Shown here piece after piece: positions 43,937 through 53,525 of a stretch of DNA of 64,000 nt. Position numbers and translations under genes: made by a program. The DNA is from Trypanosoma brucei (taxonomy: Eukaryota). The first letter of the stretch is position 1. Each line of letters opens with the position of its first letter. The notes beneath the pieces are model-generated. The model did not search any database, had not been told where the DNA came from, and saw only the letters and a list, made by a program, of their open reading frames with translations. The stretch spans positions 2,144,001 to 2,208,000 of the forward strand of contig CM000208.1 of the NCBI GenBank assembly GCA_000002445.1, given 5' to 3'.

Positions 43937-44610
43937 TATTCTTCACCTACTGTCACTATGGTGTTGGTCGTTTCCCTAACAATAGAAACTGAGCTTGTCA
44001 CAGCACTTGATACGAAGCGTGTTACAGGTAACTGAGTGTAGTTTCGAACACGTTTACTCGAGTCGGTACGTGGAAGTCGTAAAGTTAGACATTACGTGAA
44101 ATGTTGCAATCCGGCGGTAGCGCTGCCGCAACAGTTTGTTTAATCACCCACAAGCCGAAGGGGTACAGGAACGTGTGAGGGCAAAGAAAATAAAAATAAA
44201 AAAGAGATACATAGAACAAAAAAAACAGATATTCCGGAAGCACGAGCAAAAGCCGAGAGTGGGGCGTACTTAGAACGAAATAGATAGAAACGTGGGTCGC
44301 CACCCCCTTCGCTCCTACTGCATCACTCATATACCTGAAAATACAATCGAAAATGACATGATGCAGCTGTAGCTGCGGTGCATACTATGTTTATTGTTAT
44401 TTTGTACCGCCTTATATATTTGATTCACTTTGTATCACTACTTTTGCCTCATTTGCTTTTCTTCCCCCAACTGTGTAATGGAGGTGCCCACCACCTACAC
44501 ATCCAACCAAGTTAGCAGCAAGGTTATTTGAAGCTATACTCTCCGTTACAAAGTTGATTAAGTAACGCATATTTTTGTTCAGGAAATCCTTTAATAATCG
44601 ATAGGAAGTG

Positions 44611-45120
44611 ATGTTGCGCTTTACACGTTTTGTTGCTGCTGCTGTGAAGAGCGGCGTTGGCAAAAAAGCCGCTAAGACACCACTGCCTGTGGGGAATGCT
44701 GCGAGTGCCAGACGTGGCGCCCGTGTTGATGCCATTCCGTTTAATGACAATGTGTCTGTACCTAAGGTAAATGCCAAAAAGATGGTACCACCTCCAAGTG
44801 TAAGCAACATTGGCAAAGAAAAGGCTGTTTCTTCCATGAAGGCGAGGGGAGGTGCCAAAGTTAATGCGAAACCACTGGCATCCTTAGGAAAGGTTACGAG
44901 TGAGAAGCCAAGTGGCAAGGTAAAGAAGACGCCGTCACCTACGAGGAAACCAACAGAACCTATTACTGTGGTGGAGACATCCTCCGGTAGGAAGGGTGGT
45001 AACAAGGCTGCGTCTTTGGCACCGAAGTTGAAGAAAACTGTGAAGCAAATCCACCGTAAGGTCATGCAAAAAAATGCTGGCCGTAAGCCCAAGAAGGCGA
45101 TGGGTAAGGCGAGTGCTTAA
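44611..45120 (+). CDS. Lysine/alanine-rich basic protein with a mitochondrial-type presequence (histone H1-like KAP candidate)
   Basis: The ORF-track start at 44608 is GTG; ATG at 44611 gives 'MLRFTRFVAAAVKSGVGKKAAKTPLPVGNAASARRGARV...'. About 25% K/R, no hydrophobic core. A 226-aa minus-strand ORF (44412-45092) overlaps it but is Leu/Ala/Phe low-complexity and against the transcription direction. Confidence 0.5.
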   Translation: MLRFTRFVAAAVKSGVGKKAAKTPLPVGNAASARRGARVDAIPFNDNVSVPKVNAKKMVPPPSVSNIGKEKAVSSMKARGGAKVNAKPLASLGKVTSEKPSGKVKKTPSPTRKPTEPITVVETSSGRKGGNKAASLAPKLKKTVKQIHRKVMQKNAGRKPKKAMGKASA

Positions 45121-45844
45121 TGCCACATAACAAATAGAATTATGTGAGTGTGAATGAACATATCACATCTGCGTGTGGAAGTAAAGTGGGGTGGGTGATG
45201 ATAGAGGTGCGGAGGGTAGGCGGGAGTATGCAGGTTCCGGGGACTACTGACTAGCGCACTCATGTGTTAGTGGTGTATTACCTTAATACTTGTTGCTTCT
45301 TTTTTCATCCTGTCCTTACCACCACCCAACTCTATTGTTTTCTTTTTCCTTTTCATCGGGTTATCCCGTTGACGCTAGGCGTCACTCAATAGATGCATTT
45401 CCCTGTTGTCGTCGTTTCTTATTTTGTGATATATTTTGTGTAGTCATAGAGTGTTTGAGCATATCACAATGACTTGTGTGCGCGTCTTTTCTTTTCACGT
45501 TTTCGATTATGAGGGAACACACCGTCATTTTGATCACTCAAGAGGGTATCCGCTCACTCGCAGCGTTTCAAGTAACTGCATGAATATGTTATCTTTTTAA
45601 TTTTCTTACCGCTCCTGTTCAGAAATCGACAAATTTTTATTTGTCGATTACACTGTTCTCTTTGTCACAGAAGCATTAATAGATATTTAAATTTTTTTGA
45701 TATTATGTTGCTCTGTTTTTATTGAGGTATTTTCACAATTGATATTTATTCCTTTATTTTCTATTTATCACTTTTTCTTTTTTTGTCCTTTCTGATGTTT
45801 TGTATTTCAGCCAAGGGTTTTCCTTCGTCGGCAAAGGTTTGACG

Positions 45845-47101
45845 ATGCCAATAAAGGGTTCGAGGAAGAGTCCTACGAAGGGCCCAAAAGAGGTGTGTAA
45901 AAATGGGAGCCCTCATGTGGGTCCTGATTCCGTGAGGCGTAAGGAAAACCCAAGCGAATCACTGATATCGCGTCTTCAGTTCATACTTTCTGGTGCAGTG
46001 GGCGGTAGGCCGGGCGGTTGTGCTGATCGAGTTGGTGTCACTGGGCCCCCAAAAGGTGGCGGCGAACTTGTCCGACTTGCTACTATCCTTCACGGTTGCT
46101 TTCTAATTACGATGGCGGGAAAGGCGCAATTAGGTGTTGGTAAGATTGACCATTGCGTCATCGCCACCGTTGACGAACGTTGGCTTGAGGCGATTACTAG
46201 GTACTGTGGTTTTACGGTTGTACCGCGCGATATCATCGAGTGTGGGGCCGCCTTCCCTGAATGGCTCTCTGCTTTCGAATCGGTTGTTGAGCATGGTGTG
46301 TCTAATGGTGGAACAAACTGTGCACATTCAACGCCGGTTGTCAAGGTGAAGTTGGTTCGTAACTTAGTGCCTTCCGTTGCGGAGGCGGAGCAATTCTTGC
46401 GGGAGCGATGGGGTGGGGAAAACTCTTGGCGCCACGGGCGAGTGGAAGAGGTTTTGAACTCCTCCAGCACTGCAGCCGTGAGTTCGAACAGTGCTGGAGA
46501 GGTTTTGCGATTCAACGAAGGTGCTGGCGCTGCTGCGACTTCAGTTGTGGGGAGTGTTAGCGATGAGGAGTTGCTGAGACAACTTTCTGCAGAACTGAGG
46601 GCGACACTAACCGGTGAAAGGCTTAAAGGGGTATTGGCACAGATGCGGAGAGAAGCACTTGGCCTTGAAGCGAGAGAGGAGGAGCTCATTAACAGGCGAC
46701 AGCGGCAGGAACGCCTTCTCTCTACATATGATCTGGCGCGTGTTCTTTTAGGTGAGAAGAGATCAGCCTGCAACGTGGCGGAGCTGGTCGAACAAATGGT
46801 TCGGCAGAATCGTTTTGGGGACGGGAAGGAGGGTATCATTGAACAGCTCGTGTGTCTTACCAAGGTTAAAGAAAGCGGTATGACAATAATTAGGGTGGAT
46901 GAAGGAAAGGGCACCAATGAGTCTAAGCGTAAGAGACGTGCGAAGGCAACTTCTGACACTGCTTCACTTACTTCGAGAAGGGTAGAGCTTAGCGCTAGTT
47001 CCACACTGAAGGAGCTGGAGATTTCCGTTCTTCGGTTAGATCGTACGCTGGCCTCCAGGGCTGGATTGCACCAGGTCTTACAGCGGGAGCAACCCCAGTG
47101 A
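45845..47101 (+). CDS. Hypothetical protein with a C-terminal coiled-coil segment
   Basis: The ORF-track start at 45800 is TTG and overlaps the polypyrimidine tract and AG acceptor (tttcag at ~45809); the first ATG (MPIKGSRKSP) is at 45845. The C-terminal half is heptad-like (LRATLTGERLKGVLAQMRREALGLEAREEELINRRQRQERLL). The 361-aa antisense ORF 46090-47175 is Ser/Leu/Thr low-complexity and is rejected. Confidence 0.45.
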   Translation: MPIKGSRKSPTKGPKEVCKNGSPHVGPDSVRRKENPSESLISRLQFILSGAVGGRPGGCADRVGVTGPPKGGGELVRLATILHGCFLITMAGKAQLGVGKIDHCVIATVDERWLEAITRYCGFTVVPRDIIECGAAFPEWLSAFESVVEHGVSNGGTNCAHSTPVVKVKLVRNLVPSVAEAEQFLRERWGGENSWRHGRVEEVLNSSSTAAVSSNSAGEVLRFNEGAGAAATSVVGSVSDEELLRQLSAELRATLTGERLKGVLAQMRREALGLEAREEELINRRQRQERLLSTYDLARVLLGEKRSACNVAELVEQMVRQNRFGDGKEGIIEQLVCLTKVKESGMTIIRVDEGKGTNESKRKRRAKATSDTASLTSRRVELSASSTLKELEISVLRLDRTLASRAGLHQVLQREQPQ

Positions 47102-47398
47102 AAAATGTGTGTTCCGTTCGTTACAGTATGTTTAGTATTTTGATCATTGAGTAGTGTACATTGGAAAGCTGCCACGACTCACCAGTGGTTTGCATAAAAC
47201 TCTAAGGGTGCATGTGTTTTTTATGTTTTCTTCTTTCTTTTTCCGTTTCTTTGTCCTTACGTGGTGTTACCTTTTTAATTCCTTATTTGTTCTTCCCATT
47301 ATCCGATGCCATTGTGGGTCAGAGGACCCCAGTCATTAGCAGTTAGGAAGCACAAGTGGGGCAACGTCAGGTGGAGAAAGTGAGTGATTTGCTGCAGG

Positions 47399-50300
47399 AT
47401 GGGCTTACCCTTCCTTTGCCATACTCGCGTTTGTTTGTTCTCCAACAAAATACCTTTCGTTTTGTGTGGTTCCCGCTTCGCCCCAGCAACCCTGCACGCG
47501 CATCACACAGCTGCTGGTGGGGGGGAGACGCTAAACTTTCCTGAGCTGTCGTCACCCTCCACTTCTAAGGAGCCCTCCGTGGGCAGCGATTCACCACAGA
47601 AGAAAAATAAAAAGCAAGCGTTTGATGCCCTGGCACGTTGGTGCGGCGGTCACCAGCAGCTGCTAATGCGAATCCAACAATCGGCCGAAGATACTTCGGC
47701 GGGGGTTGTATTTGAAACCCCATTGACTGAGGTCGACAGCGCCGCGATTAGATGGCTGCAGGGGTCCACGGAACAGCTCACATGTGGGCAATCATTGCTG
47801 GTTTGTAGTTTTGTGTGCGAAGTACTTTATTGCCAGCTCAACAGTGCTTCAGGTGGTATCGGTGTGGAAGAGGCGCAACGACTGCAAATACATGCACTCA
47901 CAAACCGGATTGCGGCACTTCTTCAGAGGGCTGATGAGAGCAACAAACTTGAATCACAACCTCTCTCAGTTCTTATGAGCTGCGCTTACGTAGTACAGCG
48001 TCTCAAGTATGTGGATAACCCTTTGTTCGGGGAGACCCAACGGTCGCTGGTTAAAGTACCACCTTCAATTATGTTTGCACTTCTTCACAAACTGCGTGGT
48101 GATGGTTTGGGGAAGCTATTCCAACTGGACGAGCGCACGGCTACCGATGTTTGCCTTTCCTTTTTATTTATCGCCACTGAGGAGCATCGCCAGGCGTTCT
48201 TTTCCAGCGGGGATGCCGCGCTTGTGAGCAACGTTCTTCGCCGCCTCGTACGGCACACCGCGTCGAAAACACGTAGGATGCGAATCCAGAAGGAGGGTGA
48301 CATCATTGATTTGCTGACTGTGGATTCACCCAGCGACGGAGATGCACGGCAAACCCCTGTGTGTACGAGCGGGACCGGTTTTACTTCACCTAGTATGCGA
48401 GAGTGCGCTATGATTATGCAGAATGTCAGTTTCAGTTCCCCAAGCAACCGATTGGAACTACTGTTGTATTTGTTGTGCGTACGCAGGAACCTTGCACAGT
48501 GCTCGTTAAAGGATATAGAGTTAGTTCCTACCGTTCTCAGTACAGTAGCGAACATCCGCTCAGCGGAGGCGTGCAGTATACGTAAAAAGATAATTTCACA
48601 GTTATGGCTACCGGAAAATAATCCTACACTCGTTGCACAGCTCCTCGTCCACTCGGGCGAATCGATACCGCGCTATGTGACGTACCTGCAAGGGGTACCA
48701 CCGAGCAAGCTTTCTCCTGGGGACGCCACACAAGTGATTCTGTGTGCTGGTACATACCTTTCATATGAATCTTTGCAACTTTACATAATGGCAGCGCTTC
48801 GTGACATTATGCCGAGCTCCTCTTTGATCACATTGGGCGCAGAAACTACGTCTGCGAGTGTGCCGGCAACGGCGTCAGTGCCTACAAGGGTTCCTGCTTG
48901 TGATTCCTTGGAGACTGTTTTGTCGGTGCTGCTTATGCGAGTAGAGGAGAAAGGTGGTAGCCTTAGCGAAGTTGAGAAAGATGCCTGTATGGAGTACATT
49001 CGTCGGTTGAACGAACTTATTGATTGGTGTGCGTCCGCTCCAACATCATCCCCAAAGCTGGCGTTGCAACGATTGATGTTGCTCACGAAACTTTTCAACA
49101 GGGGTCTAGTTGTGCACGCGCCCGAAACAGTTGTGGAGTTGGCTGTGCAGTCGCTTCAACTGGATCCTGGAAATACCATGATGAATACCCTGAAATGCGT
49201 CTCGGAGGCATTGCCGTTAGTTTCCGACGACAAGAAACGGTCCATCATCATTGAAAAGATGATTTCCTACAGTGGCACTCGTACAACTTCGTCGGTAATA
49301 CGCTTTTTGCTGCTTTTGGCTCCACTAGTTGATGCAGATAGTCCACACAGTTGTGAGTTGGTTGAGCAACTGCTAAAGTTTCATACGTTGAATCCCCACA
49401 AGCTGCGGCAAGCATCCGTGGAGGGTGTTGCTAAGGGAATCGATGTTTACACGCTTCTTCTTATTAACGGAATTGACTTCCTTTTGGCTAGTGGGGATTG
49501 GCGTTCATCACCTTCACAACTTCAGAATGTTATTACCACTTGGGTCCGCGATTATACTTTATATGTTATGGATCCAGCGCGAAAACAAAAGATAGATGAT
49601 GGGACCGCGGCGCATGTCGCTCCTGCTACAAAAGGTGAAAAGACCGATGTGGTGCAGCACCAACAACCGTCAAGGCTGAATGAGGGCGGCGAACTCCCCA
49701 CGCTATCCGGTCCCAATGACGATGAACTGGAGCAGGTCTTTACGTGCTTGCTTCGCGCCGGAGTAAAACTACCGCATGCCTTTTCAAGTGAACTTCTTTC
49801 CAGAATTCACCGCCTTCAAGCGAAGCAGAACCCTGCAGACGGTACGGATCAACAGGTTGTATTTCCCCTTCCCGCTCACTTTGTATTCTGCTGCAAACTG
49901 GATGTCCCCGTTGAAGTGTCTGTTACTCCGGAAATGATGAAGTACCATATCGACGCATGTGATTACCGAATAATTCATTGCGTGATCACTGCTTTCTTCT
50001 CAGCTGCCGGAACTTTTAAACACAACATTAACGATCTTTTATTATGCAACATGCGTTTGGCTTCTCGCTCCTTCGAGTTATTCATCCAACGGCTGGGGGA
50101 AGAGGCGAGCAGGTCATTTCGCCCAGCTACCGTTTCGTCTGTCGTGGCAAACACGTTGCGGTTTGTTGTGAACCACATCACGAAGCAGGAGCGGTGCCAA
50201 CGTGTTTTACGGAAGCTTAACGAGAAGGGAGGAATTGAAGCAGGGGAAGAACTAGAAGGTGATCGGTCTCTTATTGTTGAACATACACGGCTTGGTGAAT

Positions 50301-52324
50301 TGTTAACCCGGATGATTGCCTATCTATCGGGTGCGCACGTGAAAAATGTGGGGCTCTCAGTGCTTGATCGGTTGTCTTTGTTGTCCCCCGCCTGTGGAGA
50401 ATACCTCATGATGCGGCTTTCCACACAGCTCAGTGAATTTACGCAGGTGGAGTTGCTCTATCTGGTGCAGAAGTATCCGAAATCACAGGATTTAGTTGCC
50501 GAATTGCTAGGGAAAAGTGATCTTGTGAGTTCGATGGACTTCGGTGATTATATGCGTGTCATGCGAAATCTTCCCATGTCGATTAACGCACTGGTTATTG
50601 GTGCCCATCTACCAGGACTCAACTTTCAGTGGTGCACCCGGATTTTGTCGTCGTTATCAGTGCGACACGAGTCAGTGCCGTTGCATCTTCTGGCGTCGGT
50701 GCTACGGCGTCTCAACGATGTGACAGAAAGCGCTACCCTGACGGACCGCAATATAGCGTTTGTTGTCCTGCAGAAATATCTGCAGTTTGATCAGACATCA
50801 GGCGATGGTGGTGACTTGGAAGAACGGCAGCGACTCATAAAATGCAGTTGCGACAAACTGTTGGTACTGAGCAGGATTAACTCACTTGATACGTTAAAGG
50901 AGTTTCTCGTAGAATTTCCGGAGGCCCTGAGCGGTGTCATTTGTGAAAGTCTGAGTAAGCACGTCGTGCAACATATTGTTGGCGGGTTACTGAAAGATCT
51001 TGACGGCCTCTTGACTCTCTGCCGCCTGTTGCATCGGCACAAACTTCTCACCAGTGATGTCAAGGTGGCAATTGTGGATGGTTTCTTCATGAAGACGCTT
51101 CAGAGCGAGGTAGAAGGTCGTGCTAACATCGAAGGCGAAAGCAGTCAGGGACTTCAGCCGTTGAATTCGCTGAGGGGTGCATCCTTGAAGACAACCCATC
51201 CAGTGTCTAATGTTCTAGCACTTGCTCTGTTACTCAGTGATGGTCCGTTGCATTTTCCCGGGGCCTCCAACAGTTCCAGTACTATTTGTGGTGATAATGA
51301 ACGTTGCGCTGTTAGTAGTATGTTTCAGGTTGTGAAAGAGTCGTATACTTCCCCACGGGACCGACTGCTTATCGCGAACACATTGGTGGGTCAGAAGGGC
51401 CCAAATGCTCTGACTGTTGTCGCAAAAGAAATTTGCACGGAACTGATTGAAAACTGTGAATCTGTGACCTCCAATGATTTTTCTAGACTTCTTCAATGCA
51501 TCAGCAGGCTAAAGTGTTGGTCTGAGCTGGACCTTGCCAACTCACGATTTGACGAAGTTTTTCAGCGGTCCTGCACCCAGGCCGATGCCCACAGCCGCTG
51601 CGTTGCGTTCAGGGCTGTTTCCTTTGAGGCTGACATATTCCGAAGGTACGAATCGTTTATGATTCCTCTTCTTCAAGAAACTGTGGACGTTATGTCGAAC
51701 GAGGATCTTGAAACAGTACTCTCATCAGTGCTTAGCCTGCCGTTTACCGAGGCTTTAGAGTCACTCATCGACGCTATCGGAACCCGACTTCTTCGTATGA
51801 TTGACCAATGCCGACGCAGCGCATTAATTCGACTGTTACAGTGTCATGCTGTCTTCGGCATACAAGACGACGCTCTCGTTAGTATTTGCGTTGCCACGCT
51901 GACGGACCAGTGTGGTCGCGACTTTCGACTGGACACTGCGCAGGTGTTGGCACTCCTTCAGGCTGCGGTCGATCTGGACTTTTTTTTGCCACCTAAGTTG
52001 GTCACCAGTTGCTTCACCTGGCTCGAGCATCACGTGGAAAACATGACCATAACGCAACTGGGCCACGCAGTACGTCTTGCAGTTGACGTGGAAGTGGGTT
52101 ATACTGCCGCCGTGCACACGCTGACACTCCGCGCGTTGGAACAGCGGGATGCCATACGCAGTAATGCGTCGTTTCGTGAGGCGGTGGAAATGCTGTGCGA
52201 TGAGTTCAGCGCCGAGATTCCTTGGCATTTGCGGGCCCCTGTTTTGCGTAGGCGGTACCAGTCGGAAAGACTGCTGGAGTACCTCGACAAGCGGAGACTG
52301 GCCGTTGACTCTACAGTTGCGTAG
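47399..52324 (+). CDS. Very large (~1640 aa) Leu-rich alpha-helical protein of unknown function
   Basis: An uninterrupted 4.9-kb ORF. The ORF-track start at 47384 is GTG and the first ATG is at 47399. A polypyrimidine tract followed by AG lies at ~47405-47490, so the true start could instead be the next in-frame ATG at 47666 (MRIQQSAEDTS). No motif recognised. Confidence 0.55.
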   Translation: MGLPFLCHTRVCLFSNKIPFVLCGSRFAPATLHAHHTAAGGGETLNFPELSSPSTSKEPSVGSDSPQKKNKKQAFDALARWCGGHQQLLMRIQQSAEDTSAGVVFETPLTEVDSAAIRWLQGSTEQLTCGQSLLVCSFVCEVLYCQLNSASGGIGVEEAQRLQIHALTNRIAALLQRADESNKLESQPLSVLMSCAYVVQRLKYVDNPLFGETQRSLVKVPPSIMFALLHKLRGDGLGKLFQLDERTATDVCLSFLFIATEEHRQAFFSSGDAALVSNVLRRLVRHTASKTRRMRIQKEGDIIDLLTVDSPSDGDARQTPVCTSGTGFTSPSMRECAMIMQNVSFSSPSNRLELLLYLLCVRRNLAQCSLKDIELVPTVLSTVANIRSAEACSIRKKIISQLWLPENNPTLVAQLLVHSGESIPRYVTYLQGVPPSKLSPGDATQVILCAGTYLSYESLQLYIMAALRDIMPSSSLITLGAETTSASVPATASVPTRVPACDSLETVLSVLLMRVEEKGGSLSEVEKDACMEYIRRLNELIDWCASAPTSSPKLALQRLMLLTKLFNRGLVVHAPETVVELAVQSLQLDPGNTMMNTLKCVSEALPLVSDDKKRSIIIEKMISYSGTRTTSSVIRFLLLLAPLVDADSPHSCELVEQLLKFHTLNPHKLRQASVEGVAKGIDVYTLLLINGIDFLLASGDWRSSPSQLQNVITTWVRDYTLYVMDPARKQKIDDGTAAHVAPATKGEKTDVVQHQQPSRLNEGGELPTLSGPNDDELEQVFTCLLRAGVKLPHAFSSELLSRIHRLQAKQNPADGTDQQVVFPLPAHFVFCCKLDVPVEVSVTPEMMKYHIDACDYRIIHCVITAFFSAAGTFKHNINDLLLCNMRLASRSFELFIQRLGEEASRSFRPATVSSVVANTLRFVVNHITKQERCQRVLRKLNEKGGIEAGEELEGDRSLIVEHTRLGELLTRMIAYLSGAHVKNVGLSVLDRLSLLSPACGEYLMMRLSTQLSEFTQVELLYLVQKYPKSQDLVAELLGKSDLVSSMDFGDYMRVMRNLPMSINALVIGAHLPGLNFQWCTRILSSLSVRHESVPLHLLASVLRRLNDVTESATLTDRNIAFVVLQKYLQFDQTSGDGGDLEERQRLIKCSCDKLLVLSRINSLDTLKEFLVEFPEALSGVICESLSKHVVQHIVGGLLKDLDGLLTLCRLLHRHKLLTSDVKVAIVDGFFMKTLQSEVEGRANIEGESSQGLQPLNSLRGASLKTTHPVSNVLALALLLSDGPLHFPGASNSSSTICGDNERCAVSSMFQVVKESYTSPRDRLLIANTLVGQKGPNALTVVAKEICTELIENCESVTSNDFSRLLQCISRLKCWSELDLANSRFDEVFQRSCTQADAHSRCVAFRAVSFEADIFRRYESFMIPLLQETVDVMSNEDLETVLSSVLSLPFTEALESLIDAIGTRLLRMIDQCRRSALIRLLQCHAVFGIQDDALVSICVATLTDQCGRDFRLDTAQVLALLQAAVDLDFFLPPKLVTSCFTWLEHHVENMTITQLGHAVRLAVDVEVGYTAAVHTLTLRALEQRDAIRSNASFREAVEMLCDEFSAEIPWHLRAPVLRRRYQSERLLEYLDKRRLAVDSTVA

Positions 52325-52599
52325 CTTGCTCGTGGATAGCCGGAGTGGCAGTGGGGAGTGCATCTTGTTGAAACTTGTATTATTTTTTCCCAACACTTTG
52401 TGTTGGTTCACTCGCGGCTTGGTCGCTACGTATCACTTTTTGTATCGTTGTGTACGTCGAAAGGATTGTTTGCCGAAATACTATATGTAATCACATTTTC
52501 CAAGCGAGTGATCCTCATGTGTTTGTACTAACTATATGCTAATTTCTCCCTGTTAAACTCCGCTTCTCCCTCTGATGTGCTTGACTTCTTGAAGCGCCT

Positions 52600-53280
52600 A
52601 TGATGCCTGCACCGAACGATGGCATATTAACGGAGGAGATAGTTCTCCGGTGTTCTCGGCAATATGACGTAGACGCCGTGCGGTTTGTTGTGCTGCACGG
52701 GTTGCGGTTGAGAAAATTGGGGGATGGTTTCGCTAAATGTAGTGCAATTGTGCGATTGGATATCTCAAGGAACAACCTCACTAGTCTCTCTGGCATTGAG
52801 CCGACCGCAGGTTCGCTGCAGTACCTCAACGCAGCGGAGAACCTCATCACGGATGTTTCCGCAGTAAAAGAGTGCAAATTACTGGAGGTGGTGATGTTGG
52901 AGGGGAACAGGATTGGTAGCGAAGCTGCTCTCCGACCCCTAGCACAACTGCCTGAACTCCGCCAGCTTGTGCTAAAAAGGGAGGTAGCCTTAGAGGATGC
53001 GGATGAAACGTTGGAGTTGGACAATCCCGTGTGCGAAAAGGGAGGGTACGAGGAGATCATACGCCGTTACTTTTCTTCGGTCATGTTTGTGGACGGTTGT
53101 TATATGCTAAATGAGGCGACTTCTGACGTTGTGACTAGCGTGTTCAAACCACTACCACCCCTTGATACACTAAAAGCACCGCAGGATAGCAATGCAAAAG
53201 CTGACGTGGAGGAACGATTGTTTGTAAACGTTGTCGCAGAGTGCGCTGAGGCTTGTCGGAAGGCGCTGGCATTACGGTGA
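52600..53280 (+). CDS. Leucine-rich repeat protein (LRR plus LRR-cap-like)
   Basis: Repeats of LxxLxLxxNxL type: 'IVRLDISRNNLTSLSGIEP', 'LQYLNAAENLITDVSAVKECKLLEVVMLEGNRIGS', 'LAQLPELRQLVLK'. These are followed by a cap-like 'YEEIIRRYFSSVMFVDG'. 226 aa. Confidence 0.6.
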   Translation: MMPAPNDGILTEEIVLRCSRQYDVDAVRFVVLHGLRLRKLGDGFAKCSAIVRLDISRNNLTSLSGIEPTAGSLQYLNAAENLITDVSAVKECKLLEVVMLEGNRIGSEAALRPLAQLPELRQLVLKREVALEDADETLELDNPVCEKGGYEEIIRRYFSSVMFVDGCYMLNEATSDVVTSVFKPLPPLDTLKAPQDSNAKADVEERLFVNVVAECAEACRKALALR

Positions 53281-53525
53281 GACATGTTCAGTACATTGGT
53301 TATCTATTAGGAGTGGGATAGGCATTCTGAACTGGAACTCTTTACCTGAATCAACTGGGAGAGTTGCTGCAGCTTCATCACACTGCTGTTCTTTGCTTAA
53401 CCCGTATCGTTTTTATTTTTATTCCGAAATAGGAGTGCGCTTTGGAACTACAAAGACAGCGTAATTCTCACTTTACTTCCCATATCTGTCTTGTTGTGAT
53501 ATATATTGTGTAGGTGTGGGTAATA

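Noticed and set aside
44412-45092. 226-aa minus-strand ORF overlapping the lysine-rich KAP-like CDS
   Set aside because: It is the antisense shadow of a K/A-rich (AAG/GCN) coding frame, giving Leu/Phe/Ala runs. The + frame has a recognisable MLRF-type presequence.
46090-47175. 361-aa minus-strand ORF overlapping the 45845-47101 CDS
   Set aside because: It is Ser/Leu/Thr low-complexity, typical of an antisense reading of a GC-rich coding frame. It has no splice-signal context and runs against the transcription direction.
47399-47665. Alternative downstream start (ATG at 47666) for the 47399-52324 giant ORF
   Set aside because: Not rejected outright. A polypyrimidine tract and AG lie inside the first 90 codons, which favours the later start, but the first in-frame ATG was retained as the reported coordinate because nothing in the sequence alone decides between them.
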